NCBI GenBank assembly: GCA_032907525.1
Contig: JAJJPM010000031.1
Span: 1,478-65,477 of the forward strand
DNA length: 64,000 nt
Direction of reading: 5' to 3'
From: Gammaproteobacteria bacterium
Lineage (GTDB): Bacteria > Pseudomonadota > Gammaproteobacteria > Thiohalobacterales > Thiohalobacteraceae
Position 1 is the first letter of the stretch; the number at the start of each line of letters is the position of its first letter. A model generated the notes under the pieces. The model was not told the DNA's origin. It saw nothing but the letters and a program-made list of their open reading frames with translations, and did not search any database. This document shows, in pieces, positions 47,862 to 58,493 of the stretch. The translations under genes and the position numbers were made by a program.

Positions 47862-47973
47862 GACATGTCTTCCTCAAGGTTCGATCATGGGGCGACGCAC
47901 ACGCCTGACCGCAGCGTTTGAGTCACCAGCCAAGTCTGGCGATAATCGCACCATCCCGTCGCAGGAGGTGCGC

Positions 47974-48681
47974 ATGCCTTCGCATCAACCCTACCGCATT
48001 CACGCGCTCGAACTCGGGCCGATGGAGAATTTCATCTACCTGATCGAGGATCTCGCCAGCCGCCGCGCTGCGGTGGTCGATCCCGCCTGGGACGTGCCGG
48101 CCATCCTCGAATTGGCACGTGCCCGCGACGTGATCATCACCGATATACTGCTCACCCACAGCCACCACGACCACATCAACGGTATAGAGGAACTCCTGCG
48201 TCGCTTCGATGCCCAGATCCACCTGCTGAAACCCGAGGCGCAGTTCTGGGGGCGGTGTCTCGATCTGCCGACGCTGCACCATGGCGGCGACCGCATCGCG
48301 CTGGGCGACACCGAGATCGCGATTCTGCATACCCCGGGCCATACGCCCGGTTCCGCCTGCTACCGGCTGGGCGACGATCTCATCACCGGAGACACGCTGT
48401 TCGTCTACGGCTGCGGCCGTTGCGACCTGCGCGGCGGCGACCCGGAACAGATGTTCTGGACGCTGAAGGATATGCGCGAAAAACTGCCCCAGGAAACCCT
48501 GATCCGTCCCGGCCACAATTATGCCATCGCCGAGACCTCGACCCTGCGCGAACAGATCGCCGGCAATCCCTTCCTGCACTTCGACGACCTCAAGCGCTTC
48601 ACCCAGTACCGCATGCACTACCACGACAAGCATCGCGATGCGCCTTACGGGCCGGTAAAGAAGGGCGAAGAGATGCCATAG
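47974..48681 (+). CDS. MBL-fold hydrolase (hydroxyacylglutathione hydrolase-like)
   Basis: ATG with a GCAGGAGG RBS. LLTHSHHDHINGI, HTPGHTPGS, GDTLF and GHNY motifs. Confidence 0.85.
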   Translation: MPSHQPYRIHALELGPMENFIYLIEDLASRRAAVVDPAWDVPAILELARARDVIITDILLTHSHHDHINGIEELLRRFDAQIHLLKPEAQFWGRCLDLPTLHHGGDRIALGDTEIAILHTPGHTPGSACYRLGDDLITGDTLFVYGCGRCDLRGGDPEQMFWTLKDMREKLPQETLIRPGHNYAIAETSTLREQIAGNPFLHFDDLKRFTQYRMHYHDKHRDAPYGPVKKGEEMP

Positions 48682-48920
48682 GGCGGTCAACTTGCAGGCT
48701 GTGCAATCGACTTCGCAGTCGCATGCGCTGCCAGCTGATCCGGCTGGTCCAGGTGAAGAACACGCAGTTCACTCAGTGCGGTACGGTGCCTTGCTCTGGG
48801 ATTGGGGCGCGGTCGATTCGATGTCATCGATTCCAGCTATCGAAAAATATCGCCCAATGCCGGCGTGCTTTCGTCTATTCTCTCGTCCCTGACATTCCCG
48901 TTTCCTGTGAGGGCCGTCTC

Positions 48921-49127
48921 GTGAAGGACGAAATTCTGGATGAACCCCACCGGCCGCAGTTCGAGTCAGCGCCCAACCAAGCACGCAAGACGGCCAGCTT
49001 TTACGAGGCCATAGCCGCTGCCATCGAACTCAAGCCCATGGTCGGAGTAGTACGCCGCATCGCCCGCGAACGCCGTGCCGCGCTGTCCCGCTTCGGCAAA
49101 ATGGCGCTGCCACCTGAACAGAGGTGA
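48921..49127 (+). CDS. Possible small protein (68 aa), GTG start
   Basis: High third-position GC, GAGGG 8 nt upstream of the GTG. No family recognised. Weak call. Confidence 0.35.
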   Translation: MKDEILDEPHRPQFESAPNQARKTASFYEAIAAAIELKPMVGVVRRIARERRAALSRFGKMALPPEQR

Positions 49128-49298
49128 GGGTGCAGGGTTGGAGTACCCGTCTGCCGCGGTCGCCGTCGGTCAAGCGATCGACGGAGCCGGCTGAGATGCT
49201 GAGCGGGTGTAGTGGCTCAGGGTACTCGGATCGCTGAACGTTGATTCTCTGGTCACCCTTCCCGTCGAGGCCTGGTCTTTACCAGAGGACGATTGCGG

Positions 49299-50525
49299 TT
49301 ATCCGAAACGCCGCTGCACATACTCGTCGACGATCTTCTGAAAGTCCTGCGCGATCGTCTCGCCCTTGAGCGTCACCGTCTTCTCGCCGTCGACGTACAC
49401 CGGCGCGACCGGCACTTCGCCGGTGCCGGGCAGGCTGATGCCGATGTCGGCGTGCTTGCTCTCGCCGGGCCCGTTGACCACGCAGCCCATCACCGCGACG
49501 GTGAGGTTCTCGACGCCAGGATACTGCGTGCGCCACACGGGCATCTGCTGGCGCAGATAGGACTGGATGTCCTGGGCGAGCTGCTGGAAGGTGGTGCTGG
49601 TGGTACGGCCGCAGCCGGGGCAGGCGACGACCTGCGGCGTGAACGCGCGCAGTCCCATGGACTGCAGGATCTCCTGCGCGACGACGACTTCCTGGGTGCG
49701 GTCGCCGCCGGGCTCGGGCGTGAGCGAAATCCGGATCGTGTCGCCGATGCCTTCCTGCAACAGCACCGCGAGCGCCGCGGTCGAGGCGACGATACCCTTG
49801 GTTCCCATGCCGGCCTCGGTCAGACCCAGGTGCAGCGGATAGTCGCAGCGTCGGGCGAGGTCGCGGTACACGGCGATCAGATCCTGCACGCCGCTCATCT
49901 TCACCGACAGGATGATCCGGTCGTGGCGCAGGCCGAGTTCCTCGGCACGTTGTGCGCTCTCCAGGGCGGAGACGATCAGCGCCTCGCGCGTGACCTCGGC
50001 GGTGTCCAGCGGCTGGGCACGCCGGGCGTTCTCGTCCATCATCCGCACCACCAGTTCCTGATCCAGGCTGCCCCAGTTCACACCGATGCGCACCGGCTTG
50101 GCGTGATCGCGCGCGAAGCCGATCAGTGTGGCGAACTGTTCGTCCTTCTTGCGGCCGCGGCCGACGTTGCCCGGGTTGACGCGGAACTTGGCGAGCGCCT
50201 CGGCACAGGCCGGATGCCTGGTCAGCAGCCGGTGCCCGTTGAAATGGAAGTCGCCGATCAGCGGTACGCCCACGCCCATGTCATCGAGGCGCGCGCGGAT
50301 CTCCGGCACGGCCGCGGCGGCCTCTTCGCTGTTGACCGTAATGCGCACCAGTTCCGATCCGGCCTTGGCGAGCTGTGCTACCTGTATCGCCGTGCCCACC
50401 GCATCGGCGGTGTCGGTGTTGGTCATGGACTGCACGACCACCGGACTCTCGCCGCCGACGGTCACTTGCCCGATGTTGACGGGAACACTGGGGCGGCGCT
50501 GGACGGGGCTGGGATGGCTGGACAT
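49299..50525 (-). CDS. ispG: 4-hydroxy-3-methylbut-2-en-1-yl diphosphate synthase
   Basis: Internal [29 protein letters not shown] and CPGCGRT cluster ligands. Confidence 0.93.
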   Translation of the reverse strand: MSSHPSPVQRRPSVPVNIGQVTVGGESPVVVQSMTNTDTADAVGTAIQVAQLAKAGSELVRITVNSEEAAAAVPEIRARLDDMGVGVPLIGDFHFNGHRLLTRHPACAEALAKFRVNPGNVGRGRKKDEQFATLIGFARDHAKPVRIGVNWGSLDQELVVRMMDENARRAQPLDTAEVTREALIVSALESAQRAEELGLRHDRIILSVKMSGVQDLIAVYRDLARRCDYPLHLGLTEAGMGTKGIVASTAALAVLLQEGIGDTIRISLTPEPGGDRTQEVVVAQEILQSMGLRAFTPQVVACPGCGRTTSTTFQQLAQDIQSYLRQQMPVWRTQYPGVENLTVAVMGCVVNGPGESKHADIGISLPGTGEVPVAPVYVDGEKTVTLKGETIAQDFQKIVDEYVQRRFG

Positions 50526-50693
50526 ACTGGGCTTGGCGCGTGGAGGTGACCGGGCCATTATCGCAACCGCGCGGCGGTCCTGTCACCCGCCGTTCGGTGG
50601 GCGGGCCATCGCGGACGGAACCTGGCGTGACGGGTCATCGATCCGGTAATGTGCCGCCGGATGCACGCCCGCATCTTTACCAAGGGAGCCTCC

Positions 50694-51683
50694 ATGACTG
50701 CCTTCAATACCTTCCGGATCCACCAGGATTCGTCCGGTCATCGCGCCGGGTTGGAATCCCTCAGCCTCGACCAGCTGTCGCCGGGCGAGGTGACCGTGCG
50801 CGTCGAGTGGTCCGCGGTCAACTACAAGGATGCGCTGGCCGTCACCGGACGCGGCAAAATCCTGCGCCACTCGCCGCTGGTCGGCGGGGTCGATGCGGCG
50901 GGTCGTGTGGAGGCGTCGGCCGATCCGAATCTGCGGGCAGGTACCCGGGTCGTGATCACCGGCGGGGGGCTGGGCGAGGTGCGCGACGGCGGCTTCGCGT
51001 CCTACATCCGCGTCCCCGCGGCGATGGCGATCCCGTTGCCCGAGGGCCTGTCCACGCGGCAGGCGATGATCGTCGGTACCGCCGGTTTCACCGCCGCGCT
51101 CGCGCTCGCACGCATGGAGCGGAACGGTCAGACGCCCGAACTCGGCCCGGTGCTGGTGACCGGGGCGAGCGGCGGGGTGGGCAGCTTCGCCACCGCTCTG
51201 TGCGCGCGGCACGGCTACGAGGTTGCCGCGCTGACGCTGAAGCCGGCGAGCATCGACTATCTGCAGGCGCTGGGCGCGCAAAAAGTCATCCTGCGCGAGG
51301 GGCTGGCGATGGGTCGGCGTGCCTTGGAGACCGCACGCTTCGGCGGCGTGATCGATACCCTCGGCGGCGAGTATCTCGGCTGGGCGGTCCGTTGCGTGCG
51401 CCCGCACGGCAACGTCGCCGTCATCGGCATGGCCACCGGCACGGATTTCAGCACCTCGGTGATGCCTTTCATCCTGCGCGGCGTGAATCTGCTCGGCATC
51501 AACTCCGTCGACGTCCCGCGCGACCAGCGCGAACGTATCTGGTCGCGGCTGGCCCGGGATCTCGATGCCGCGCAGCTCGACCGCATCTGCGCAGGCGAGA
51601 TCACGCTCGGCGAACTGCCGGCGTTCTGCGCTGAGATGCTGGCGGGGCACGTTCACGGGCGGACGCTGGTGAAGCTCGCATAG
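50694..51683 (+). CDS. acuI: YhdH/AcuI-family NADPH-dependent quinone/acrylyl-CoA reductase
   Basis: ATG with an AAGGGAG RBS. EVTVRVEWSAVNYKDALAVTGRGKILRHSPLVGGVDAAGRV closely parallels E. coli YhdH. Confidence 0.85.
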   Translation: MTAFNTFRIHQDSSGHRAGLESLSLDQLSPGEVTVRVEWSAVNYKDALAVTGRGKILRHSPLVGGVDAAGRVEASADPNLRAGTRVVITGGGLGEVRDGGFASYIRVPAAMAIPLPEGLSTRQAMIVGTAGFTAALALARMERNGQTPELGPVLVTGASGGVGSFATALCARHGYEVAALTLKPASIDYLQALGAQKVILREGLAMGRRALETARFGGVIDTLGGEYLGWAVRCVRPHGNVAVIGMATGTDFSTSVMPFILRGVNLLGINSVDVPRDQRERIWSRLARDLDAAQLDRICAGEITLGELPAFCAEMLAGHVHGRTLVKLA

Positions 51684-51717
51684 GGCGCCACGGACGCCGC
51701 CGTATCCCGCGGCGGCA

Positions 51718-52572
51718 TCAGCACAGATCCCTGGTCGCCACCGGCCGCCGTGGATCCCGGATCCACTCGCTCCACGAACCGGCGTACAGCTTCGCACCCT
51801 TTATTCCCGCGAGTTCCAATGCGATCAGGCTCTGGCACGCCGTTACGCCCGAGCCGCACATGACCACGCAGCGCTCCGGCGGCATGTCGTCGAGCACACG
51901 GCGGTACATCTTCTTCAATGCCTCCGGTGGCAGATAACATTCGCTGGCATCCAGGTTGGACTGATAGGGAAGATTGCGTGCGCCGGGGATATGGCCGGCG
52001 ACCGGGTCGATGGGTTCCTTCTCGCCGGTGAAGCGCTCCGGCGCGCGCACATCGAGGATACGGCAGGTGCGTGCATCCAGCTGCGCAGCGAGCTCCTCTG
52101 TCGTGACGAACATGTCGCCGCACGGTACGCCGCGGAAGGTGTCTGGAGAGATCCGGGGAGCGGCCGTATCGAGGGCATGATTGCCTTCTTCCCAGGCCTT
52201 CAGGCCGCCATCGAGGACGGCGACGCGCTCATGTCCGAGCCAGCGCAGCAGCCACCATAGACGCCCGGCGTAGGCGTTGGCCTGGGCGTCGTAGCAGACG
52301 ACCTGCGTTTCCGGACCGATGCCCCAGGCGGAGAGCGTCGCGCTCAGGCGTTGCGGATCGGGCAGGGGATGGCGCCCGCTGTCGGGCGTGATCGGACCGG
52401 AGAGATCACGGTCAAGGTGGGCGTACAGTGCGCCGGGAATGTGCGCTTCGCGGTAGGCGGCTTCGCCGGCCTGGGGCTGCCGCAGGTCGAAGCGGCAGTC
52501 GACGATGCGCCAGCCGGGGTCGTGGAGATGCCCGGCGAGTTCGGCCGCCGAGATCAGGGGTGAGGCGGACAT
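51718..52572 (-). CDS. sseA: 3-mercaptopyruvate/thiosulfate sulfurtransferase (tandem rhodanese)
   Basis: 284 aa. Active-site loop CGSGVTAC typical of MST-type enzymes. Confidence 0.88.
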   Translation of the reverse strand: MSASPLISAAELAGHLHDPGWRIVDCRFDLRQPQAGEAAYREAHIPGALYAHLDRDLSGPITPDSGRHPLPDPQRLSATLSAWGIGPETQVVCYDAQANAYAGRLWWLLRWLGHERVAVLDGGLKAWEEGNHALDTAAPRISPDTFRGVPCGDMFVTTEELAAQLDARTCRILDVRAPERFTGEKEPIDPVAGHIPGARNLPYQSNLDASECYLPPEALKKMYRRVLDDMPPERCVVMCGSGVTACQSLIALELAGIKGAKLYAGSWSEWIRDPRRPVATRDLC

Positions 52573-52801
52573 GGTGTACCTTTGTGCGTGGTCCGGATGA
52601 CAGATGATACTGAAAAAATCATCTCAGCCACGCGGAAGCACACGGAAGGCCCCCACGGCGCATTCCCGAAGGCGCGGCTGACCGCCTGTCGGGGCGAGGC
52701 GTCGGTGTGAACCTCGTGACGCGGGTTGTGCTTTTTTCGGGTGATTCCGGGGCAAAAGCGGTTTCCTGGAATGATGCGCACGATGCGGCGGGAGAAAAGG
52801 C

Positions 52802-53701
52802 ATGCGCCTGGGCGTGGATCTCGGCGGTACCAAGATAGAAATCATCGCGTTGGATACCGACGGCTCCGTGCGTCTGCGCGAGCGCATGGCCACGCCCCAG
52901 GGCGACTACGGCGCGACGCTCGAGGCTGTCGCGGGCCTGGTCGGGGCGGCGGAAGCCCGCCTGGGGTGCGCGGGACTGCCGGTCGGTATCGGTACGCCCG
53001 GCACGATCTCGCGGGCGACCGGTCTGCTGAAGAATTCCAACTCCGTGTGCCTCAACGGCCGTCCCCTGCTGCAGGATCTGGAGTCGCGCCTCGGGCGTCC
53101 GCTGCGCATCGCCAACGACGCCAACTGCTTCGCGCTGTCCGAGGCGGCGGACGGCGCCGCGGCCGGGGCGCGGGTGGTGTTCGGCGTCATCGTCGGGACG
53201 GGCACGGGCGCCGGCATCGTGGTCGACGGCAGGCTGCTGGACGGCCCCAACGGCATCGCCGGGGAGTGGGGCCACAATCCGCTGCCCTGGCCGCGCGGCG
53301 ACGAACTGCCCGGACCGCACTGCTATTGCGGCCGGCGGGGCTGCATCGAGACCTGGCTGTCAGGGCCGGGTCTGGCGGGGGACTTTCAGCGGCATGCCGG
53401 CGAGGCGCTGGGTGCGGAGAGTGTCGTCGCGCGCGCCGAACACGGCGATCCCGCCGGTCGGGAGGTGCTGGAACACTACTACGACCGCATGGCCCGGGCG
53501 CTGGCGCATGTCATCAATATTCTCGATCCGGACGTGATCGTGCTGGGCGGCGGCATGGGCCGGATCCCGATGCTGTATCGCGAAATCCCGCGCCGCTGGG
53601 GCGCCTATGTGTTTTCCGACCGTGTGGACACGCGCCTGGTCGCGCCGAAGCATGGTGACTCCAGCGGTGTACGTGGCGCGGCCTGGCTGTGGCCGGCGTA
53701 G
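52802..53701 (+). CDS. mak: ROK-family sugar kinase (fructo/mannokinase Mak-like)
   Basis: MRLGVDLGGTKIE, ANDANCFALSEA, GEWGHNPLPW, CYCGRRGCIETWLSG and KHGDSSGVRGAAWLW parallel E. coli Mak along its length. Confidence 0.85.
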   Translation: MRLGVDLGGTKIEIIALDTDGSVRLRERMATPQGDYGATLEAVAGLVGAAEARLGCAGLPVGIGTPGTISRATGLLKNSNSVCLNGRPLLQDLESRLGRPLRIANDANCFALSEAADGAAAGARVVFGVIVGTGTGAGIVVDGRLLDGPNGIAGEWGHNPLPWPRGDELPGPHCYCGRRGCIETWLSGPGLAGDFQRHAGEALGAESVVARAEHGDPAGREVLEHYYDRMARALAHVINILDPDVIVLGGGMGRIPMLYREIPRRWGAYVFSDRVDTRLVAPKHGDSSGVRGAAWLWPA

Positions 53702-53966
53702 CCTCCCAGACCGGCTGGCGCCGGGAGTTTTACCGCCAGCGCGCCGAGAGTGCCGAGAAAACCCTTGTCTGAACCGCAAAGGCGTAAAGGAAACCCTGAA
53801 TTTACGGGTTTTCAATGCAAAGGTGCGGAGAGGCGGGAGTTGCCATCATTGAATCTTCATAGGGTATTCTCCGCGCCCGTGCACCTTTGTAGTTCCGAGT
53901 CTTTTCTGTTGTTCCGCTTTTGCCGGCACCCTACAATCTGCCGCACCTACACAGCAGGTTTCCGCG

Positions 53967-54614
53967 ATGTCCGCCGTTTCCGTCGATGACAGTCTCTGGT
54001 CGCAACAGGTCCGCGCCCTGATCGACGCGGGCCGCGAGCTGCACGCGCGCGGCTGGGTGCCGGCGACCAGCGGGAACTTCTCGGCGCGCCTGAGCGATGC
54101 GGAGATCGCACTGACGGTCTCCGGCCGGCACAAGGGCAGGCTCGACGAGACCGGCATCATGCGCGCGGACATGCAGGGGCGCGCGGTGGGCGGCGATCAG
54201 CGGCCCTCGGCGGAGACGCTGCTGCACACGCAGCTCTACCGGCGCTATCCCGAGGTCGGCGTGGTGCTGCACGTGCACTCGATCAACGCGACGCTGATCT
54301 CGCGGGCGGTACAGCGCGCCGGTGGCCAGGATCTGGTGCTGGCCGGCTACGAGCTGCTGAAGGCGTTCCCCGGCTGCGCCACCCATGCGACGTCGATGCG
54401 CGTGCCGGTATTCGACAACGACCAGGACATCCCGCGGCTCGCCGCCCGCGTCGATGCCTGGCTCGATGCCAACGAACCGATCTACGGCTATCTGATCGCC
54501 GGCCATGGTCTGTATGCCTGGGGGCGTGACATGGCGGAGACACTGCGCCACCTCGAGGCCTTTGATTTTCTGTTTGAATGTGAACTCCGCGAACGGGGGA
54601 TGCGCCAGTCATGA
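53967..54614 (+). CDS. mtnB: Methylthioribulose-1-phosphate dehydratase
   Basis: Class II aldolase/adducin fold ([19 protein letters not shown]). First gene of the mtnB-D-C operon. Confidence 0.88.
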   Translation: MSAVSVDDSLWSQQVRALIDAGRELHARGWVPATSGNFSARLSDAEIALTVSGRHKGRLDETGIMRADMQGRAVGGDQRPSAETLLHTQLYRRYPEVGVVLHVHSINATLISRAVQRAGGQDLVLAGYELLKAFPGCATHATSMRVPVFDNDQDIPRLAARVDAWLDANEPIYGYLIAGHGLYAWGRDMAETLRHLEAFDFLFECELRERGMRQS

Positions 54615-55150
54615 GTCGTCTGACTATCTATTCGGATAACGACACCCGTGCGACCGAGACCTTCACGGACGGCGCCGAGATCGGCCGCCGCCTGGGTGCC
54701 ATCGGCGTGCGTTTCGAGCGCTGGGAAGCGGCGCGTACCCTGGCCGATGACGCCACCCAGGACGACGTCCTGGAGGCCTATCGTGCCCAGGTGGACGCGC
54801 TGATGACCGAGTATGGCTTCAAGTCGGTGGATGTGGTGAGTCTCAACCCGGACCACCCCGACAAAGCGGCGCTGCGCGCAAAGTTCCTCGACGAGCACAC
54901 CCACAGCGATTTCGAGGTGCGCTTCTTCGTCGACGGCAAGGGTCTGTTCTACATCCATACCGGCGGCAAGGTGTACGGCGTGCTGTGCGAGAAAGGGGAC
55001 CTGATCAGCGTTCCCGCCAACACGCCGCACTGGTTCGACATGGGCGAGAATCCGCGTTTCAAGTGCATCCGGCTGTTCACCACGCCCGAGGGCTGGGTGG
55101 CGCAATTCACGGGCGACAAGATCGCCGCCGGCTATCCGCCGTTCTGCTGA
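54611..55150 (+). CDS. mtnD: Acireductone dioxygenase
   Basis: 179 aa. [22 protein letters not shown]...PANTPHWF is the ARD cupin signature. Overlaps mtnB by 4 nt. Confidence 0.9.
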   Translation: MSRLTIYSDNDTRATETFTDGAEIGRRLGAIGVRFERWEAARTLADDATQDDVLEAYRAQVDALMTEYGFKSVDVVSLNPDHPDKAALRAKFLDEHTHSDFEVRFFVDGKGLFYIHTGGKVYGVLCEKGDLISVPANTPHWFDMGENPRFKCIRLFTTPEGWVAQFTGDKIAAGYPPFC

Positions 55151-55824
55151 TGATCAAAGCCATCGTTACCGACATCGAGGGTACTACCAGTTCGTTGTCC
55201 TTCGTGAAGGATGTGCTGTTTCCCTACGCGCGGAAGCATCTCGCGGCGTTCGTCGCCGCGCACGGCCATGAGCCCCCCGTGCGTGCGCTGCTCGACGATG
55301 CGAGCCGCGAGGCGGGCGGCGGTCTGGACGATGCCGGCATCGTCGCGCAGCTGGAACGCTGGATCGACGAGGATCGCAAGGTCACGTCGCTGAAGTCCCT
55401 GCAGGGCCTGATCTGGGAGGCCGGTTACCGCAATGGCGATTTCAAGGGCCACATCTATGCCGACGCCGCCGCGCAGCTGCGCGCCTGGCACGACCGCGGC
55501 ATCCGGCTGTACGTGTATTCCTCCGGTTCGGTGTATGCCCAGAAGCTGCTGTTCGGCCACAGCGAAGCCGGCGATCTGACGCCGCTGTTCTCCGGCTACT
55601 ACGACACGCACATCGGCGGCAAGCGCGAGGCCGCATCGTATCGTGCCATCGTCACCGACATCGGCGTGCCGGCCGGAGAGATCCTGTTCCTGTCCGACAT
55701 CGTGGAAGAACTGGATGCGGCGCGCACGGCCGGCATGCGGACGATCCAGCTGGTGCGCGACGGCGTGCCGGATCCGCACGCGCCCCACCGCCAGGCACGC
55801 GATTTCAATGCCATCGAAATCTGA
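55150..55824 (+). CDS. mtnC: Enolase-phosphatase E1
   Basis: ATG overlaps the mtnD stop (TGATG). [28 protein letters not shown] is the HAD motif I of MtnC. Confidence 0.9.
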   Translation: MIKAIVTDIEGTTSSLSFVKDVLFPYARKHLAAFVAAHGHEPPVRALLDDASREAGGGLDDAGIVAQLERWIDEDRKVTSLKSLQGLIWEAGYRNGDFKGHIYADAAAQLRAWHDRGIRLYVYSSGSVYAQKLLFGHSEAGDLTPLFSGYYDTHIGGKREAASYRAIVTDIGVPAGEILFLSDIVEELDAARTAGMRTIQLVRDGVPDPHAPHRQARDFNAIEI

Positions 55825-55925
55825 ATGTCCGCGCAGGGTGCGTCGAGGCGCAGCCTGATGCACTATTTTCATACCGCCACTGTGCGTCGCTGTGCCGATG
55901 CACTCTACCTGCAGGGTCGGAACAC

Positions 55926-56231
55926 ATGAGTCACCACAAGCTCTATCCCGGTATCGACAACGATGTCCACAGCGGCATGACCGATATCGGCAAGATCATC
56001 CGGGATGCCTGGATGTTCGGCATCCTGCCGGAGACCGAACGCTGCGAGAACTGGGACTACGGTCGCCTGGAACAGCTCTACGACAAGGTGCACCAGGCCT
56101 GGGAGCCGTACGGACATCTGGCCAGCCGTCTGCCCGACGAGCTGCGCCAACGTCACGAGCGCATCTATGCCGAAGCCATCGCCCGGGCGCGCGCGGCCGG
56201 CTGGAACGTCGAACTCGGCGATGACGACTGA
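55926..56231 (+). CDS. Conserved hypothetical protein (101 aa)
   Basis: ORF with coding-like composition. No family recognised. Confidence 0.6.
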   Translation: MSHHKLYPGIDNDVHSGMTDIGKIIRDAWMFGILPETERCENWDYGRLEQLYDKVHQAWEPYGHLASRLPDELRQRHERIYAEAIARARAAGWNVELGDDD

Positions 56232-56252
56232 CGTCTTCCCCCGCTGACCGGC

Positions 56253-56795
56253 ATGCGCACCCTGCCGGACTGGCTGGCGGCCGGCCTGGACATCGTTTCG
56301 GTCGGCCTCAACCCCTCGCCCAATTCGGTGCGCGCCGGCTTCCCCTTCGCCACGCCCCGGAACCGCTTCTGGCGCGCGCTGAACGCCAGCGGCCTGATCG
56401 ACGAGGTACTGGAGCCGGGGCCGGCCGCGATGCAGCGTCTGCTCGAACGCCATCGCATCGGCTTCACGGACGTGGTGAAGCGGCCCACACCCGGCGCGGC
56501 GCAGTTGCGGGCCGCCGATTTTCGCGTCTGGGCGCCGCGGCTCACCGGGAAGCTGCTGGAGATCTCGCCGCGGCTGGTCTGGTTCCATGGGAAGGTGGCG
56601 TATCGCGAATTCCTGCGGCACGGCGGCAGCGGCACGGCCGACTGGCGTGCGGATCTGGACTGGGGGCTGCAGCCGCGGCGCATCGGGGTCAGCCGCGTTT
56701 TCGTGACGCCGAATCCGAGCCCCGCCAACGCGGCCTATTCGCTCGATGACCTGATCGTCTGCTATCGTAGCCTGGCCCTGCTCAGGCGCTCGTGA
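56253..56795 (+). CDS. mug: G/U mismatch-specific uracil-DNA glycosylase (family 2)
   Basis: VSVGLNPSPNSVRAGFPFATPRNRFW matches the Mug GINPG/NxFW region. VTPNPSPAN is the C-terminal motif. Confidence 0.82.
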   Translation: MRTLPDWLAAGLDIVSVGLNPSPNSVRAGFPFATPRNRFWRALNASGLIDEVLEPGPAAMQRLLERHRIGFTDVVKRPTPGAAQLRAADFRVWAPRLTGKLLEISPRLVWFHGKVAYREFLRHGGSGTADWRADLDWGLQPRRIGVSRVFVTPNPSPANAAYSLDDLIVCYRSLALLRRS

Positions 56796-56811
56796 CGAGG
56801 AGAATGAGGCC

Positions 56812-57384
56812 GTGATCTGGATCGTCTTTCTGGTGGTGCTCGCCGTCGTGGTTCTCTACGGTATCCTGCTCTACAACAATCTGGTCGCGCTCAAGCACAA
56901 CGTCGCCAAGAGCTGGTCGAATATCGACGTGCTGCTGAAACAGCGCCACGACGAGCTGCCCAAGCTGGTCGAGGTGTGCCGGCAGTACATGGGCTACGAG
57001 CAGGAGACGCTGGAGAAGGTGATGCAGGCGCGGGCCGCCGTCGCCGCGGCGCGCGAGGGGCAGAACGTGCCGGCCCTCGGCCAGGCGGAGACGCAGCTGC
57101 GCCTCGGTCTGGGCAGTCTGTTCGCGGTGGCCGAGGCCTATCCCGACCTCAAGGCCAACACCCAGTTCCAGCACCTGCAGCAGCGCATCACCGAGCTGGA
57201 GAACGGCATCGCCGACCGGCGCGAGTACTACAATGAGAGCGTCAACCTCAACAATGTCCGTATCGAGCAGTTCCCGGACGTGCTGATCGCGCGACGGTTC
57301 GGCTTCGGTCCTTTCGAGCTGCTGGAGTTCAGCGAGGAGGAAAAGGCGGACGTAGACATCAGGGGGCTGTTCGAGCGTTCCTGA
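56812..57384 (+). CDS. lemA: LemA-family membrane protein
   Basis: 190 aa. N-terminal TM helix, then YNNLVALKHNVAKSWSNIDVLLKQRHDELPKLVE. Confidence 0.9.
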   Translation: MIWIVFLVVLAVVVLYGILLYNNLVALKHNVAKSWSNIDVLLKQRHDELPKLVEVCRQYMGYEQETLEKVMQARAAVAAAREGQNVPALGQAETQLRLGLGSLFAVAEAYPDLKANTQFQHLQQRITELENGIADRREYYNESVNLNNVRIEQFPDVLIARRFGFGPFELLEFSEEEKADVDIRGLFERS

Positions 57385-57394
57385 GGTCCGCGCC

Positions 57395-58330
57395 ATGTGG
57401 TTCCCCGAACTGGTCGCGCGCGTTCGCGGATTGTCGCCCGAAGGCTTCTGGTTCGTGCTGGCCCTGCTCGTCGTCGGGACCGGGGCGGCGTTCTATTTCA
57501 TCTGGCGCAGCCTGCACCGCGCCCGCATCGTCGAGGACATGCCGACCGCCCGGGTGCGCTCCGCGCATCAGGGCTATGTCGAGCTGGAGGGGCGCGGCGT
57601 GCCGCTGGACGGCACGCCCATCGTCGGGCCGCTGACCGGCAGGCAGTGTCTGTGGTACCGCTACAGGATCGAACATCAGGAAACCCGTCGCGACGGGCGC
57701 GGAAGCCACTGGGGCACGGTGCGGTCGGGCGTCAGCGACGGCCTGTTCGCGCTCGACGACGGTACCGGACGGTGCCTGATCGACCCCGAAGGCGCCGAGG
57801 TGATACCGGGAGAGAAGGACGTCTGGTACGGCCACGAGGAATTTCCGCGCCGCGGCCCGCCGGCGTCGAAAGCGTGGTTCCGCCTCGGCGGTGGTGACTA
57901 CCGCTATACCGAGGAGCGGCTGATGCCGGGCGGCCTGTACGCCCTGGGCTGGTTCGGCGCCGTCGACGATGCCGCCGGCGATCTGCGCGCCGACGTCGCC
58001 GCCCTGCTGCGCGACTGGAAGGGCGATCAGCCGGCCCTGCTGCGGCGCTTCGACCGCGACGGCGACGGCCGCATCGATGCGGGCGAATGGGATGCGGCGC
58101 GCGAGGCGGCGCTCGCGGAGACCCTGGCCCGGCGCAGCGGCCGGCCGCGCGCTCCGGTCCCGCACCTGCTGGCGCGTCCCCCCAGCGACCGTCATCCCTT
58201 CCTGCTGTCCGCCCTGTCTCAGCAGGTGCTGGCTGCCCGTTACCGGCGCCGGTCGCTGGTCGCGCTGGCGGCGTTCCTGACCGGCACGGCCGTCACGCTC
58301 TGGTACGTCGCGGCGCGTTTCGGCGGTTGA
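57395..58330 (+). CDS. GIDE-domain membrane protein with embedded EF-hand loop
   Basis: TM helices at both ends. GYVELEGRG core typical of GIDE proteins that follow lemA. Canonical 12-residue EF loop DRDGDGRIDAGE at nt 58052..58087. Confidence 0.75.
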   Translation: MWFPELVARVRGLSPEGFWFVLALLVVGTGAAFYFIWRSLHRARIVEDMPTARVRSAHQGYVELEGRGVPLDGTPIVGPLTGRQCLWYRYRIEHQETRRDGRGSHWGTVRSGVSDGLFALDDGTGRCLIDPEGAEVIPGEKDVWYGHEEFPRRGPPASKAWFRLGGGDYRYTEERLMPGGLYALGWFGAVDDAAGDLRADVAALLRDWKGDQPALLRRFDRDGDGRIDAGEWDAAREAALAETLARRSGRPRAPVPHLLARPPSDRHPFLLSALSQQVLAARYRRRSLVALAAFLTGTAVTLWYVAARFGG

Positions 58331-58493
58331 CAGCCGGCGGCGCGGCGCGGCAGACTCACGGCATGTTCATCGTTCCTCCGTTCAAGTGCATTCACGTCGC
58401 CGTGCGCGCCGGCTGGCTGCCGCGCCGCGTCATGCCGCGCCTGGGGGATCGGGATTGAACGACTGATGTAGAACACCACGTTTCCGGATTCCG

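Noticed and set aside
49203-49258. tRNA-like fragment (GCGGGTGTAGTGGCTCAGGGTA ... GTTGATTCTCTGGTCACCC).
   Set aside because: It is too short (about 56 nt). The D-stem and T-loop do not pair or match consensus, and only 5 of 7 acceptor positions are complementary. It is more likely chance or part of the local hairpin cluster.
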